Shown here: positions 21,623 to 31,759 of the stretch, piece after piece
How positions within the stretch are numbered: position 1 is the stretch's first letter
Layout: each line of letters starts with the position of its first letter
DNA from: Armatimonadota bacterium
GTDB taxonomy: Bacteria; Armatimonadota; UBA5829; DTJY01
Assembly (NCBI GenBank): GCA_963663705.1
Contig: OY760504.1
Location: 2,632,063 to 2,696,062, forward strand
DNA length: 64,000 nt
Reading direction: 5' to 3'
Position numbers and translations under genes: made by a program
Notes under the pieces: model-generated
The model's input: only the letters and a program-made list of their open reading frames with translations
Told to the model about the DNA's origin: nothing
Database searches by the model: none

Positions 21623-23437
21623 ATGTTGCAGCAACCGATAGACATTCATAATCCTCGACAGCTCAGACTTCCACCGACAGCACAAAATATCGGTATAGAT
21701 AGACGCGCCACGGTGGATTCACGCGTCAGAAGGTACATATCACCCAAGCGAGTGATCTGGCAGAGCGCCAGGCAGCCTGCTGTCTGCGATATCGACGCGC
21801 TTCTAACAGATAGGTGCGGACAGCTCCTGGGAGGCAATTCGCCTGAGAACAACTTCGTGCTGGATAGCAGCGCGGGAACTCCTGGGATTCTGCTTGATTT
21901 CGGCATACAATTGCACGGCGGCATTCAAATCTCCGTCGTAGATTCCACACACAAACCCGTGCGTATGCGCATCCGTTTCGGAGAATCCGCGATGGAGGCG
22001 ATGAGTGAGGTCGGAAAAGCAACTAATGCAACCAACGACCACGCCCAACGAGACGGAATCATTGAGATCGGTCAGCTGAGTACGCGAGAAGTTGGCCAGA
22101 CAGGTTTCCGCTTTGTTCGGCTTGACCTCGTGGAGCCGAACGCACGCGTCGAGATACGCAGCATACAGGCCGTTTTAATCTATAAAGAATTGGAATACGC
22201 GGGCTCTTTCCGCTGTAACGACGAACTTTTGAACCTCATCTGGAACACGGGCGCGTACACAGTCCACCTCAACATGCAAGAATACCTCTGGGACGGCATC
22301 AAGCGAGATCGGCTGGTCTGGATAGGCGATATGCACCCGGAAACCTCCACCATTCAGGCTGTTTTCGGCTACGATGAGAGCGTTCCACTAAGCCTTGATC
22401 TGGCCAGAGATTCCACTCCTTCGCCGAAGTGGATGAACAATATCGCATCATATTCCATGTGGTGGCTGATTATACAGCATCAATGGTATCTCCAAAATGG
22501 CAACATACTCTATCTGCAGGAGCAGAAATCCTACCTGAGCGAACTGCTCGCAAACCTGCTGACCTGTGTTGGGGATGACGGCAGGGAGCAAGTGCCGGAC
22601 ACTCGATTCCTGGATTGGGATTCGGAAGGAGATGCTCACGCGCAGCATGTAGGACTCCAAGCCCTCCTCATACTGGCGATGGAAGCAGGAGAGGCTCTCT
22701 CGAATGAACTCGGCATGCCGGATCTGGCGGCCAAATGCACGAGCGCCGTACAAAAACTGCGCACCCACAGGCCGGATCATCTTGGAAACAAGCAACCTGC
22801 GGCGTTGATGGTTCTGGCAGGACTGGCCGATCCGCAGCAGACCAATACGGAAGTGCTGGCTGTAGACGGGACCAGAGGGATCTCCACATTCTACGGATTC
22901 TACGTGCTGCAGGCCAGAGCGTTGGCCGGCGATATAACAGGAGCATTGGATTGCATCCGCCAGTTCTGGGGCGGAATGATATCACTTGGTGCCACAACGT
23001 TCTGGGAAAGTTTCAACATAGACTGGCTTGCCAACGCCGCAAGAATAGATGAGCTGACGCCATATGGAAAGGTGGATGTTCACGGCAATTTCGGTGATCA
23101 CTGCTTTCAGGGATACCGTCACAGTCTCTGCCACGGCTGGGCATCCGGACCAACCGCCTGGCTCACACAACACGTGCTAGGGGTGAGTATCCTGGAACCG
23201 GGCTGTCGAAAGGTACTCATCGCTCCCAACCTCGGCGATCTGAAATGGGCAGAGGGGACATATCCCACTCCGCTGGGCGTAATTTCCATACGCCACGAAA
23301 AGAACGCCGATGGGAAGATCCAAAGCAGCATCTCCGCTCCAACAGGCATAGAAATCGTCCAAAACCTGACCGATATCGATACGAGTGTTTCACAAGAGCA
23401 TTGGGGACAACATCTGGTCGGTCTCTCACCACATTGA
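21623..23437 (+). CDS. GH78-like alpha-L-rhamnosidase family protein (short form).
   Basis: Central motif DGIKRDRLVWIGD resembles the GH78 catalytic DCPxRERxGWxGD. N-terminal beta-sandwich plus (alpha/alpha)6 layout. RBS AAGGAGGG precedes the ATG. Confidence 0.45.
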   Translation: MLQQPIDIHNPRQLRLPPTAQNIGIDRRATVDSRVRRYISPKRVIWQSARQPAVCDIDALLTDRCGQLLGGNSPENNFVLDSSAGTPGILLDFGIQLHGGIQISVVDSTHKPVRMRIRFGESAMEAMSEVGKATNATNDHAQRDGIIEIGQLSTREVGQTGFRFVRLDLVEPNARVEIRSIQAVLIYKELEYAGSFRCNDELLNLIWNTGAYTVHLNMQEYLWDGIKRDRLVWIGDMHPETSTIQAVFGYDESVPLSLDLARDSTPSPKWMNNIASYSMWWLIIQHQWYLQNGNILYLQEQKSYLSELLANLLTCVGDDGREQVPDTRFLDWDSEGDAHAQHVGLQALLILAMEAGEALSNELGMPDLAAKCTSAVQKLRTHRPDHLGNKQPAALMVLAGLADPQQTNTEVLAVDGTRGISTFYGFYVLQARALAGDITGALDCIRQFWGGMISLGATTFWESFNIDWLANAARIDELTPYGKVDVHGNFGDHCFQGYRHSLCHGWASGPTAWLTQHVLGVSILEPGCRKVLIAPNLGDLKWAEGTYPTPLGVISIRHEKNADGKIQSSISAPTGIEIVQNLTDIDTSVSQEHWGQHLVGLSPH

Positions 23438-23568
23438 CTGACCCTTTTTGAATTGTGGGGTCCCCGAGAAGATTCGCGAGCATAAAGTAAAACTCAATTT
23501 CGGGAGAAATGACTCCCGGATAAAACACAGTGGTAACTGTGAAACATCGAAAAGAAAGGTGAAAAAAG

Positions 23569-24510
23569 ATGAGAAACACAATGAAACTCGCAGTCGTTCT
23601 ATCTCTAGTTGCATCCGTTGGATGCGCCAGCATTGCCTTGGCGGGGACTCCCACCAAGATATGGGAAGAAAGCAGCCCATGGGTGGCAGGGAATGTTTAC
23701 TATGGTGACGTAGTAAATGATGTCTACTACGCAGGACAGATTGATTCCGGTGTGTTGAGCTACACCGCAGCGCAGACCGCTGGTACTGCTCTTGTGAACA
23801 GCTATCAATACGGTGTGGCTGCAGGTACCAAGTCTGCAACAAAGATCGGGGACTCTGTCTATTTCGGAGGTGTCGCATCCGCGACCGACAGCATCAAACG
23901 ACTCGACTCTTGGAATGCAGTGACTACCATGACTACCAGCACTGGTGCTCCTGACGCAATAGTTACAGACGGAACCTATATTTACGCTAACGAATACCCC
24001 TCCGGCAACAGGAATATTGTCCGCAGATACAGCATCAGCGGTGCGAATCTTACAGCCGATTGGTCCATCGCGACAGGCGCAACCAGGATAAGAGGAGTCA
24101 GCTACTATAACGGTAAAGTCTACGCAGCAGACGGTACAAATGGTATATATGAGCTGAACGCAAGCGACGGCAGCAATGCTACAAAGATCATAAGCTGGAG
24201 TGGTCGCACAGGTTATCATGCTGCTCGCAGTGGCAACACGATTTTCGCGACAGGAGATAATGGCAGCCTTTATCAGTATACCCTGAGTGGAGGCACTTGG
24301 AATCTGACTGATACCACTGACCTCGGAATGGGTGCTCTCTATGGCATCGGCGTAAACAGCGCCGGTACAGGTTTGTGGGTAAGCGCTGCTAACAACAAGG
24401 TAGCTTATTTTAGCACTGGTGCCCCTGTTCCTGAGCCCTCAAGCATATTGGCAATGGCAAGTGGCTTGATCGGCCTCGTTGGATTTGGCATCAGGCGAAA
24501 AATAGCGTAG
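23569..24510 (+). CDS. Secreted PEP-CTERM-anchored repeat protein.
   Basis: Signal peptide MRNTMKLAVVLSLVASVGCASIALA. Internal YY/NG-rich beta-propeller-like repeats. C-terminus GAPVPEPSSILAMASGLIGLVGFGIRRKIA is the PEP-CTERM sorting motif. Confidence 0.75.
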   Translation: MRNTMKLAVVLSLVASVGCASIALAGTPTKIWEESSPWVAGNVYYGDVVNDVYYAGQIDSGVLSYTAAQTAGTALVNSYQYGVAAGTKSATKIGDSVYFGGVASATDSIKRLDSWNAVTTMTTSTGAPDAIVTDGTYIYANEYPSGNRNIVRRYSISGANLTADWSIATGATRIRGVSYYNGKVYAADGTNGIYELNASDGSNATKIISWSGRTGYHAARSGNTIFATGDNGSLYQYTLSGGTWNLTDTTDLGMGALYGIGVNSAGTGLWVSAANNKVAYFSTGAPVPEPSSILAMASGLIGLVGFGIRRKIA

Positions 24511-24694
24511 TCAAACAGACTAAGATATTCAATCCGATTGATTATGGATACTTGCAGGCAGAGCGTGATACTGATCATGCTCTGCCTGTTTGTCGACTGC
24601 CATGATGTGATCCTCGCTCCTGAAACTGTTATCCGCTGCATAAAGCAGAGGTCGCCCTGCAGTATCTTCCTCCACCATTGCGCTTATAAAGAGG

Positions 24695-24971
24695 GGCTCT
24701 ATAAGCTTTCTTGAGGGTGAATCTGATTCGCCCTCACCCCAACCCTCTCCCGATTTCGGGCGAGGGGGGATGCCGCTTATCCCGAGTAGCCCACAGGGCA
24801 TATCGAGGGACAGTACATGTCTGCCAGGCTTCGGCAGCGGCGTCGTCGACTCTGCAACCGAAGCATCAACACACCCGTGAAGGGTGTGCCGACTTCGTGT
24901 TTTTGTTGCCGCGAATTTATTCGCACGGTTGTTGGAACACTACCGCTATCCACAAACTTTCTCATAGAGCC
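24695..24971 (+). repeat. MITE-like structured repeat, copy B (reference copy, 277 bp).
   Basis: TIRs GGCTCTATAAGC...CTCATAGAGCC. Dense internal hairpins, for example ccctctcccgatttcgggcgagggg and gcgaatttattcgc. The same element occurs at 6449-6746 (inverted), 39676-39994 and 42351-42649. Confidence 0.8.
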
Positions 24972-25296
24972 TAAAGAGGAATCGCTCAGGCAGATACTGT
25001 CCGATATAGCCAAAGAAGAAGAAAAGCACCGCAAGGGTATCAAACACTAACTGCAGGGGTGAAAATGAGAGAGTTGTTATTGGAAGCTGAATCTGAAGCG
25101 AAACGTGTATTGATGGATTTACAGCTTAAGCCACCGATAGACATTCGAATGATAGCAGAATTCTCCACACGCCTCTTGAAGTAATTCCGGTCTTCCAATA
25201 CGGTGAAACCTTTACCACGGCTCAACTGTTCCGTCTTCCTTTATCGCAGGGGGCTTGGCCCCAAGTCGAGTACATGTATGGAAAATGTGGCTGCCA

Positions 25297-26445
25297 TTAA
25301 ACGCCGGATTGGGCCGGGGCTTTTTCTTCGCACAGGTTGTAATCTACGCGTCGGATGACGGGTACCGGCAGTATGTATATCCTCCCGGAGATGGCCTCCA
25401 CGCCTTTCTCCATGGCCTCGAAGGCAGTTTCTGCCGCTATCTGGCCTGCCCGCGAGAAATCCGGGCTGGTGGTGTGGAAATTGGGCCGGAAGATGCGTCC
25501 GTGTGGGAGGTTATCGAACCCTACCATGCAGAGGTCTTTGGGGACGCTTATGTCCATCTCCCTGGCTATCGATATGGTTCGTATCACCGCGTTGTCCTCC
25601 GTGCAGATCACGGCGGTGGGGCGGCTGGCGGCGTTTTGCCATTGCATCAGATATCGCGTTATATTCGTCTCTTCCGGAGAGAGCGGGTAGGGTATGTTCC
25701 AGATGTCGTCCTCAGCCACCGTCAGACCGACGCTCGCCATGGCGTCGCAGTAGCCGCGGAACCGCTCCATGTTGGAACGCAGGTGGTGGTGGGAACCCTC
25801 AGCCAGCATGTCACTGCGCATAAAGGCGATCCGTTTGTGACCCTCCGAGATGGTGAGCCGGGTCATGTCATAACCGGCTCTGTAGTTGTCGAAGAGTACC
25901 ATCGGTCTGTGCTGGTTTGGGTATGCTATATCGACCAGGATTATCGGGAAATCCTGCAATTCGGTTTTGAGGTAGTCGTTTTCGAACTGTTCATCATTGC
26001 GCGTGAAGCTTGGCGTGACTATCACTGCCTGGCAGCCTGATTGCGCCAGACGCAGAACCTGGGTGCGCTCTTCATCATAGTCGTACCGACTGGATGTGAC
26101 CGTTACCTGGTACCCTTTGTTCTTGGCGACCAGTTCGATCCCCCTGTATACTTCCATGTTTATATGGTCGCCGCTGGCCGGACCGATGTACCCTATGAGC
26201 GCGTTGCCAGTGGGTTCGGTGGCCTGCGCGCGGTCGGCTATGTAGATGCCGCTTCCCTGACGCTTGACAATGGCCCCATAGCCCTCAAGGATATCGAGCG
26301 CTTTCCTGACTGTGCTGGATGATGCCTGGTATCTATCGGCAAGCGCTTTGACGGTAGGCATGCGATCACCCTGTGCAGAAGTGCCGTTCTCGATGAAATC
26401 CTGCATTATGGCTTTTGCAATGTTGTCCGAAAGTATCCCGCCCAT
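25297..26445 (-). CDS. Hybrid GntR-HTH/LacI-type sugar-binding transcriptional regulator, paralogue of 20410-21552.
   Basis: MGGILSDNIAKAIMQDF...GDRMPTVKALADRYQASSSTVRKALDILEGYGAIVKRQGSGIYIA, about 75% identical to the paralogue. Start set at ATG 26445 (RBS AAGGA), matching the paralogue N-terminus. Confidence 0.8.
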   Translation of the reverse strand: MGGILSDNIAKAIMQDFIENGTSAQGDRMPTVKALADRYQASSSTVRKALDILEGYGAIVKRQGSGIYIADRAQATEPTGNALIGYIGPASGDHINMEVYRGIELVAKNKGYQVTVTSSRYDYDEERTQVLRLAQSGCQAVIVTPSFTRNDEQFENDYLKTELQDFPIILVDIAYPNQHRPMVLFDNYRAGYDMTRLTISEGHKRIAFMRSDMLAEGSHHHLRSNMERFRGYCDAMASVGLTVAEDDIWNIPYPLSPEETNITRYLMQWQNAASRPTAVICTEDNAVIRTISIAREMDISVPKDLCMVGFDNLPHGRIFRPNFHTTSPDFSRAGQIAAETAFEAMEKGVEAISGRIYILPVPVIRRVDYNLCEEKAPAQSGV

Positions 26446-26492
26446 TGACGCATCCTTTAACACAATGTAACACTATGTTGCAAGCTTCACGT

Positions 26493-26521
26493 ATTGTATC
26501 ACGCTATAGCGTAGCTGTCAA
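26493..26521 (-). promoter_or_regulatory. Sigma70-type promoter on the minus strand for the regulator at 25297-26445.
   Basis: Reverse complement reads TTGACA, 17-nt spacer, TACAAT. Same architecture as the promoter of the paralogous regulator. Confidence 0.5.
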
Positions 26522-26710
26522 TCATGAATATGTTGCAGGTGGAAGCAGCTTCTATATGAGTTGTATTCAAGCTGGATGGTTGGCCTGCAAGCTCAAACCC
26601 TCTATACTATATGTAAAACCCGGGCTGACTCATGACGGCGTGCATTCTCGAATAAATTTGTCGTGTATCGAATAACGTAGAAATGTGTGCGGCACAATAT
26701 GAAAAAACTG

Positions 26711-26739
26711 TTGACATAGCGAGAAAAGAGCTATATAAT
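26711..26739 (+). promoter_or_regulatory. Sigma70-type promoter for the DUF1559 gene at 26844.
   Basis: TTGACA (26711-26716), 17-nt spacer, TATAAT (26734-26739). Confidence 0.55.
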
Positions 26740-26843
26740 GCGCTTGTACAGGAAATTAGGTTACATTGAGCGCGGCGTGGAGCATATCTTCCTGGTGCCC
26801 TTGTGGAAATGGATTTTACAAATATGAAAAGGTGTACAAGATA

Positions 26844-27506
26844 ATGAAGTGTCCGATTTACTCGACTGATGAAAGATGTAAGCGGCATGGTTTTACATTG
26901 ATCGAGCTGTTAGTTGTTATAGCCATCATAGCTATACTGGCTGCTATCCTCTTCCCGGTTTTCGCCAAGGCTCGTGAAAAGGCCCGGCAGACCACCTGCG
27001 CCAGTAACATGAAGCAGATCGGCACAGCGCTGATGATGTATGTGCAGGATTACGACGAAACCATGCCCTATGGAGATGTATATGCTCTCAACAGCTACTA
27101 TGACGTGTGGACGGTGCTTCAGCCCTACATCAAGAACTGGAATGTCTACGCATGCCCCAGCGACTCTCTGAAAAACTGTGTAAGCCTTGCAGCTGCGAGC
27201 GGTAAGTGGCCTGCCTCCTGGGAAAGCGTGCAGCTCAGTTATGGTTACAACTATGTAAATGAAGGTGATACCCTGGCGCAATTCACCGCACCGTCCGACA
27301 CCTGCGTATTCGCAGAGATGATCGAGCGGCCCTACTTCTATCAGCAGGGTAACACGCTTTCCGACGGCTCCGTAGGCGTCGGCTACACGGATGCTCCCGC
27401 CCGCCTGGCTTCCCGTCACAGTGATGGGATGAATATGTGCTTCTACGATGGTCATGTCAAGTGGGTCAAATCAACAAATGTTGCCAATGTGCGAGCCACT
27501 CCGTAG
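26844..27506 (+). CDS. Prepilin-type N-terminal cleavage/methylation domain protein, DUF1559 / H-X9-DG family.
   Basis: [49 protein letters not shown] and C-terminal [16 protein letters not shown]. The ORF-track start at 26766 would leave an implausibly long leader. Confidence 0.8.
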   Translation: MKCPIYSTDERCKRHGFTLIELLVVIAIIAILAAILFPVFAKAREKARQTTCASNMKQIGTALMMYVQDYDETMPYGDVYALNSYYDVWTVLQPYIKNWNVYACPSDSLKNCVSLAAASGKWPASWESVQLSYGYNYVNEGDTLAQFTAPSDTCVFAEMIERPYFYQQGNTLSDGSVGVGYTDAPARLASRHSDGMNMCFYDGHVKWVKSTNVANVRATP

Positions 27507-27536
27507 AATTGTGGAATCAATAAATAGAGAAAGCAC

Positions 27537-29990
27537 ATGAGGAATTCTAGCATGAAACGTTATTTGCAGTTATGTATCATCGCCTGTTCCCTCGCGATTG
27601 GGAGTCTCGTCCCAGTCGGTGCGGCAGTGCCTGCGTTCGATCTGGCCACGCCGCAGGGGATTAAGGCGTGGGAGTTGCGGACGCCTGCCACGGACACCCT
27701 GGCGCTCTCGCAGAAATACGCGACGGATGGGAAGCTCGCACTCGAGTTTACCACCCCCAAGTTCTACACTGGTATGCAGGAATGGCCTGCGTTTGAGGCG
27801 AAACCGCTTGTCTCGGATTGGAGTGGCTTCGATCGACTGGTGGTAGACATAACCAACCCGACCGGAAATATCCCCAGTCTCGTCGCTACTGCTTCTGATA
27901 ACAATATACCTACTCCGCATGGGCTCTACTACGAATGCATGCAGATGCCTGCGTATGGTTTTCGGCGGTATGTCATACCGCTCACAAAGTTCCCCGCCGA
28001 GATCGACCGGAAGAATATCTCGGTAGTGCATTTCTTCCTGGGCACTCCGGCGCTCTACGGCGACCTGAAGATCTATGTCAGCAACATCTCCCTTCTAAAA
28101 CCCGGGGAGCCGGAGCCGCCGATTACATCCGGTTATCTTGCGCAGATACGTCCGTTCCTCCGGGAGTATCCTCTCAAAAAGGCCCGGACGGCGCTTGCTG
28201 AGTGCCGGGTTGTCTGTGCGGATAAAAAACAAACGGTGGGGCTTGGCAAGCGGTATTCATCGCTGGCGGCCTTGCTCGATGCGGGTAACATCTCCTCCGC
28301 CGATATCTCAGGGTTTATGGATAACGCGAATATTTTGACCAGAGACTGCCGTAGGGTCTCTTCCATCGAGTCGTTGCGCAACGCCCAGAAAAACCTGGGT
28401 ATCCCTACCGATACCATGCTCGTCGGGTTCGTGCCATCCACGGAGAAGGTGCTGCCTCGGGATGTGCCGTCTGATTTGCGAGCGTCTCGCAAGGTGAGCA
28501 TCAGCGCCTCGCGAAACGAGTGGGAGAGTTTCCAGGTGGCGGTTACGCCATCGGGTAAGAATACCCTCAAGGGCGTGAAGGTGGCTGTCTCGGATTTGCT
28601 CGCCGGGAACGGGGATCGGCTGGCAAAGTCGAATATCAACTGTGATGTGGTAGGCTATGTCCAGCTCAAAAAGAGCTCTCCGTATCTTGGTTGGTGGCCT
28701 GACCCTATCTTGAACTTCCTTGGCCCGGTTGATGTCAAGCCCGGTGACGTGCAGACGTTCTGGGTGCGCGTGCGGATTCCCAAGGAGCAAAAGCCTGGGG
28801 TGTACAAAGGGAAGCTCACCGTGTATGCGGACGGCAAGCCCATAAGTGTAGCACTCTCCGTCAAGGTGCGGTCGTTCAAATTGCCGGATTTCAGCCCCAT
28901 GCCGACCGCCGTCACCGTTCTGGGACACTGTGACAGTCCAGGGTACCTCGAGAAAATGGGCGGCTTGGAGTATTGGAACCGCACGCTCAAGTACACCTGG
29001 GCAGATTTCTCGGTGGATTACAAGATAGGTTACGACGATCTCTATGCCGAAAAGCCGGCCGATTGGGATTTGATAAAGTATCTGCATGATAAAGGGGAGC
29101 TGGTCTCCTTTGACCTGGGAAATTTCTTTGATTGGCCGAACACCAACCTCAAACCGTCCTATGACAAATGCAAAGAGCTAGGTCTGCTCCCATATGCCTA
29201 CGTTTATGGTTTCGACGAGGCCTTGAAACCGGAGGAGTTCCAAGCTTTGGAGACCGCGACGCAAACCGTGAAGAGCGCTCTTCCTGGCGTTCTGGTGATG
29301 ACCACGGCGCAAGACCATACCTATGGCCGGGATACCGTCGCCAAGTCCCCTGACGCCTGGGCTCCGCTGACCCCATACTTCGATATGCAACGGGCCGCTG
29401 CCGTCCGTGCCGAGGGGAAAAAGGTCTGGTGGTATGTCTGCTGTGGGCCTGACCTGCCGTACGCTAACCTGCTTATCCAGCGCGACGCCATCGAGCCGAG
29501 GTTGCTTCTGGGCGCAATGTCTGCCAAGTACCGACCGGATGGGTTCCTCTACTACGAGACTACCCTCTGGAATGACAACAAACCGATGGACAGCGGCCCG
29601 TACACAAACTGGGATGCAAGAACCAACGGGGATGGAAACCTCATATATCTAGGGCCTAAGGGGATGCCGGTGCCGACCATACGCCTTGAAAACTATCGGG
29701 ATGGCATGGAAGACTTCGCCTATGCCAAGATCCTGGAAGATATCATAGGCAAGTATGAGGCGAATGGCAAAACACTCACCGCATCTCAGCGCAAATGGCT
29801 GACCCGGGCCAAAGCCGCTCTGTCGGTGCCGGAAACTCTGGTGACCAGCATGACCGAGTATTCGCGCAGTTCCAAAGCCGTGTACGCCTGGCGCGAACGC
29901 GTGGCGGATTGCATCGACTCTTCCGTGATGGCGGACGCCGACCCGTGGGGAAAAGACTTCACGGTGCGGGGCTTTGCGAATAAGCGTTGA
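27537..29990 (+). CDS. Secreted hypothetical protein, glycoside-hydrolase-like (possibly the DUF4091 type).
   Basis: Signal peptide MKRYLQLCIIACSLAIGSLVPVGAA. 817 aa. C-terminal region has YRDGMEDFAYAKILED. No confident family call. Confidence 0.5.
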   Translation: MRNSSMKRYLQLCIIACSLAIGSLVPVGAAVPAFDLATPQGIKAWELRTPATDTLALSQKYATDGKLALEFTTPKFYTGMQEWPAFEAKPLVSDWSGFDRLVVDITNPTGNIPSLVATASDNNIPTPHGLYYECMQMPAYGFRRYVIPLTKFPAEIDRKNISVVHFFLGTPALYGDLKIYVSNISLLKPGEPEPPITSGYLAQIRPFLREYPLKKARTALAECRVVCADKKQTVGLGKRYSSLAALLDAGNISSADISGFMDNANILTRDCRRVSSIESLRNAQKNLGIPTDTMLVGFVPSTEKVLPRDVPSDLRASRKVSISASRNEWESFQVAVTPSGKNTLKGVKVAVSDLLAGNGDRLAKSNINCDVVGYVQLKKSSPYLGWWPDPILNFLGPVDVKPGDVQTFWVRVRIPKEQKPGVYKGKLTVYADGKPISVALSVKVRSFKLPDFSPMPTAVTVLGHCDSPGYLEKMGGLEYWNRTLKYTWADFSVDYKIGYDDLYAEKPADWDLIKYLHDKGELVSFDLGNFFDWPNTNLKPSYDKCKELGLLPYAYVYGFDEALKPEEFQALETATQTVKSALPGVLVMTTAQDHTYGRDTVAKSPDAWAPLTPYFDMQRAAAVRAEGKKVWWYVCCGPDLPYANLLIQRDAIEPRLLLGAMSAKYRPDGFLYYETTLWNDNKPMDSGPYTNWDARTNGDGNLIYLGPKGMPVPTIRLENYRDGMEDFAYAKILEDIIGKYEANGKTLTASQRKWLTRAKAALSVPETLVTSMTEYSRSSKAVYAWRERVADCIDSSVMADADPWGKDFTVRGFANKR

Positions 29991-30106
29991 TAATACCTGC
30001 CATGTGTATTGATATGTGGTATGTGAATGGAGGGGATGCCCAAGAGTTATACATGTCCCGTAGACACTGCAACAACAAACCGGAATAACTTAACAAAGGA
30101 GAAATC

Positions 30107-30757
30107 ATGAAAAAGAGAACAGGATTTACACTGATTGAGCTGCTAGTTGTTATTGCTATAATTGCAATATTAGCTGCTATACTATTCCCTGTATTTGCAA
30201 AAGCCCGTGAAAAGGGCCGTCAGGCGAGTTGCCAGAGTAACTTGAAACAACTTGGTATGGCTGTGGTTATGTATGTTCAGGATTACGAGGCTTACCCCAT
30301 TATGGATGGGAATTATTCGGATGGGACCTACTTCTATTGGCTGAATGAACTCGATTCGTACATCAAGAACGCGAAAGTAAGTGTTTGCCCTACGCTCAAT
30401 CAGGCGTACAGCTACGGTTACAACGGGTACATGCTTGGAGACACGCGCGATCTGACCAGTCGTGGCTGGTACAATGGACTTGCGACCGATTCCAGCTTGA
30501 AATCGCCTGCTGATACCGTGGTCTTGTGCGATACGGATCAGTATTGCCGCTCAAATTGTATCTATCCCACGATGATTGCCGGGTATAACCCGCCTTCGTC
30601 TCAAGGTAGTAACACCGGCTGCGTAGGCGACTATCACAGCGGTGGCGCGAACCTGGCCTTTGCGGACGGTCATGTCAAATGGATGAAGAGAACCGCCTTG
30701 AGCCCCACCTGGGGCAGTGGGGTAGGCGATACGGTCAATATCTGGGACCGAGAATAG
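30107..30757 (+). CDS. Prepilin-type DUF1559 / H-X9-DG protein.
   Basis: [39 protein letters not shown] and C-terminal [16 protein letters not shown]. Shares a roughly 100-nt conserved upstream leader with the next gene. Confidence 0.85.
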   Translation: MKKRTGFTLIELLVVIAIIAILAAILFPVFAKAREKGRQASCQSNLKQLGMAVVMYVQDYEAYPIMDGNYSDGTYFYWLNELDSYIKNAKVSVCPTLNQAYSYGYNGYMLGDTRDLTSRGWYNGLATDSSLKSPADTVVLCDTDQYCRSNCIYPTMIAGYNPPSSQGSNTGCVGDYHSGGANLAFADGHVKWMKRTALSPTWGSGVGDTVNIWDRE

Positions 30758-30903
30758 CGCTGACATATAGTATACAACAGCAAACCTCCAGGAGACTGTT
30801 GTAGGTTTGCTGTGGTATGCGAATGTAGGGAAGGGCCAAGAGTTATACATGTCCCGTATGCACTGCAACAACAAGCCGGAATAACTTCCGCAAAGGAGAA
30901 ATC

Positions 30904-31653
30904 ATGAGAAAGAGAACAGGATTCACACTAATTGAGCTGCTAGTTGTTATAGCTATAATAGCCATCTTGGCAGCTATACTATTCCCTGTTTTTGCCAAAG
31001 CCCGTGAAAAGGCACGGCAGATCACTTGCCTATCGAACCTCAAACAGTTAGGCGTGGCTACCATGATGTACATGCAGGATTACGACGAAGTCTTCCCTCC
31101 CTGCGTGATGTCGAGTAATCAGTGCCCGCTCGATGGCGACTTTTGGCCGGTATGGGATGATGGCAATGGTAACAACTTTTATTATTTCCAAGCTGGGCTT
31201 TATCCTTATATAAAGGGCAACCACTATCATAAAGATACTGTTTTTGTCTGTCCTAGCCAGGCCAACACAAGCGATGCAAATGCCTGGACGAGTGGATACG
31301 GTCTGAACACTACGTTGTGCGGTCGTATACCCTGGGGCGAAACATGCAGGAGCCTGGGCTCCGTAACCAGCCCGGCGAGTACATATCTCATCTATGACTC
31401 CTCTTGCCCCGGTTGCGGTTTCGTGAACTGGTCGTCGCCGAATAGCGCTTACTACTTCCCTGGTGAGGGGGCATACAATGGTGTGTCTGCTCCGACCAGC
31501 GACCCAAGCTATTCCACACCCCGACATAGTGGGGGAATCAATGTCGCCTTTGCCGACGGTCATGCAAAATGGATTCAGTTGCAGACACTCGGACAGCAGT
31601 GCATCGATGCCGGCAACAACGTAAGTGGAAATGCCTGGGGACAAGGGTATTGA
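30904..31653 (+). CDS. Prepilin-type DUF1559 / H-X9-DG protein, near-identical paralogue of 19143-19898.
   Basis: [15 protein letters not shown]...[42 protein letters not shown]. About 95% amino-acid identity to the copy at 19143-19898 on the opposite strand. Confidence 0.85.
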   Translation: MRKRTGFTLIELLVVIAIIAILAAILFPVFAKAREKARQITCLSNLKQLGVATMMYMQDYDEVFPPCVMSSNQCPLDGDFWPVWDDGNGNNFYYFQAGLYPYIKGNHYHKDTVFVCPSQANTSDANAWTSGYGLNTTLCGRIPWGETCRSLGSVTSPASTYLIYDSSCPGCGFVNWSSPNSAYYFPGEGAYNGVSAPTSDPSYSTPRHSGGINVAFADGHAKWIQLQTLGQQCIDAGNNVSGNAWGQGY

Positions 31654-31690
31654 TGTAATAAGCTGCACTTTGATATAAGCTAATGTTGTA

Positions 31691-31730
31691 AACTGTGGCG
31701 GCCTCATCTCGAAACCGCCACAGTTTTTTG
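31691..31730 (+). terminator. Rho-independent terminator.
   Basis: aactgtggcgg, loop, ccgccacagtt, followed by TTTTTTG. Confidence 0.65.
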
Positions 31731-31759
31731 TGTATTACAAAGTATTGGATTGAGCCCAT

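Noticed and set aside
22668-23052. Several 100-115-aa ORFs inside the GH78-like gene on either strand
   Set aside because: Embedded in a longer coherent CDS. Arg/Trp/Cys-rich shadow-frame composition.
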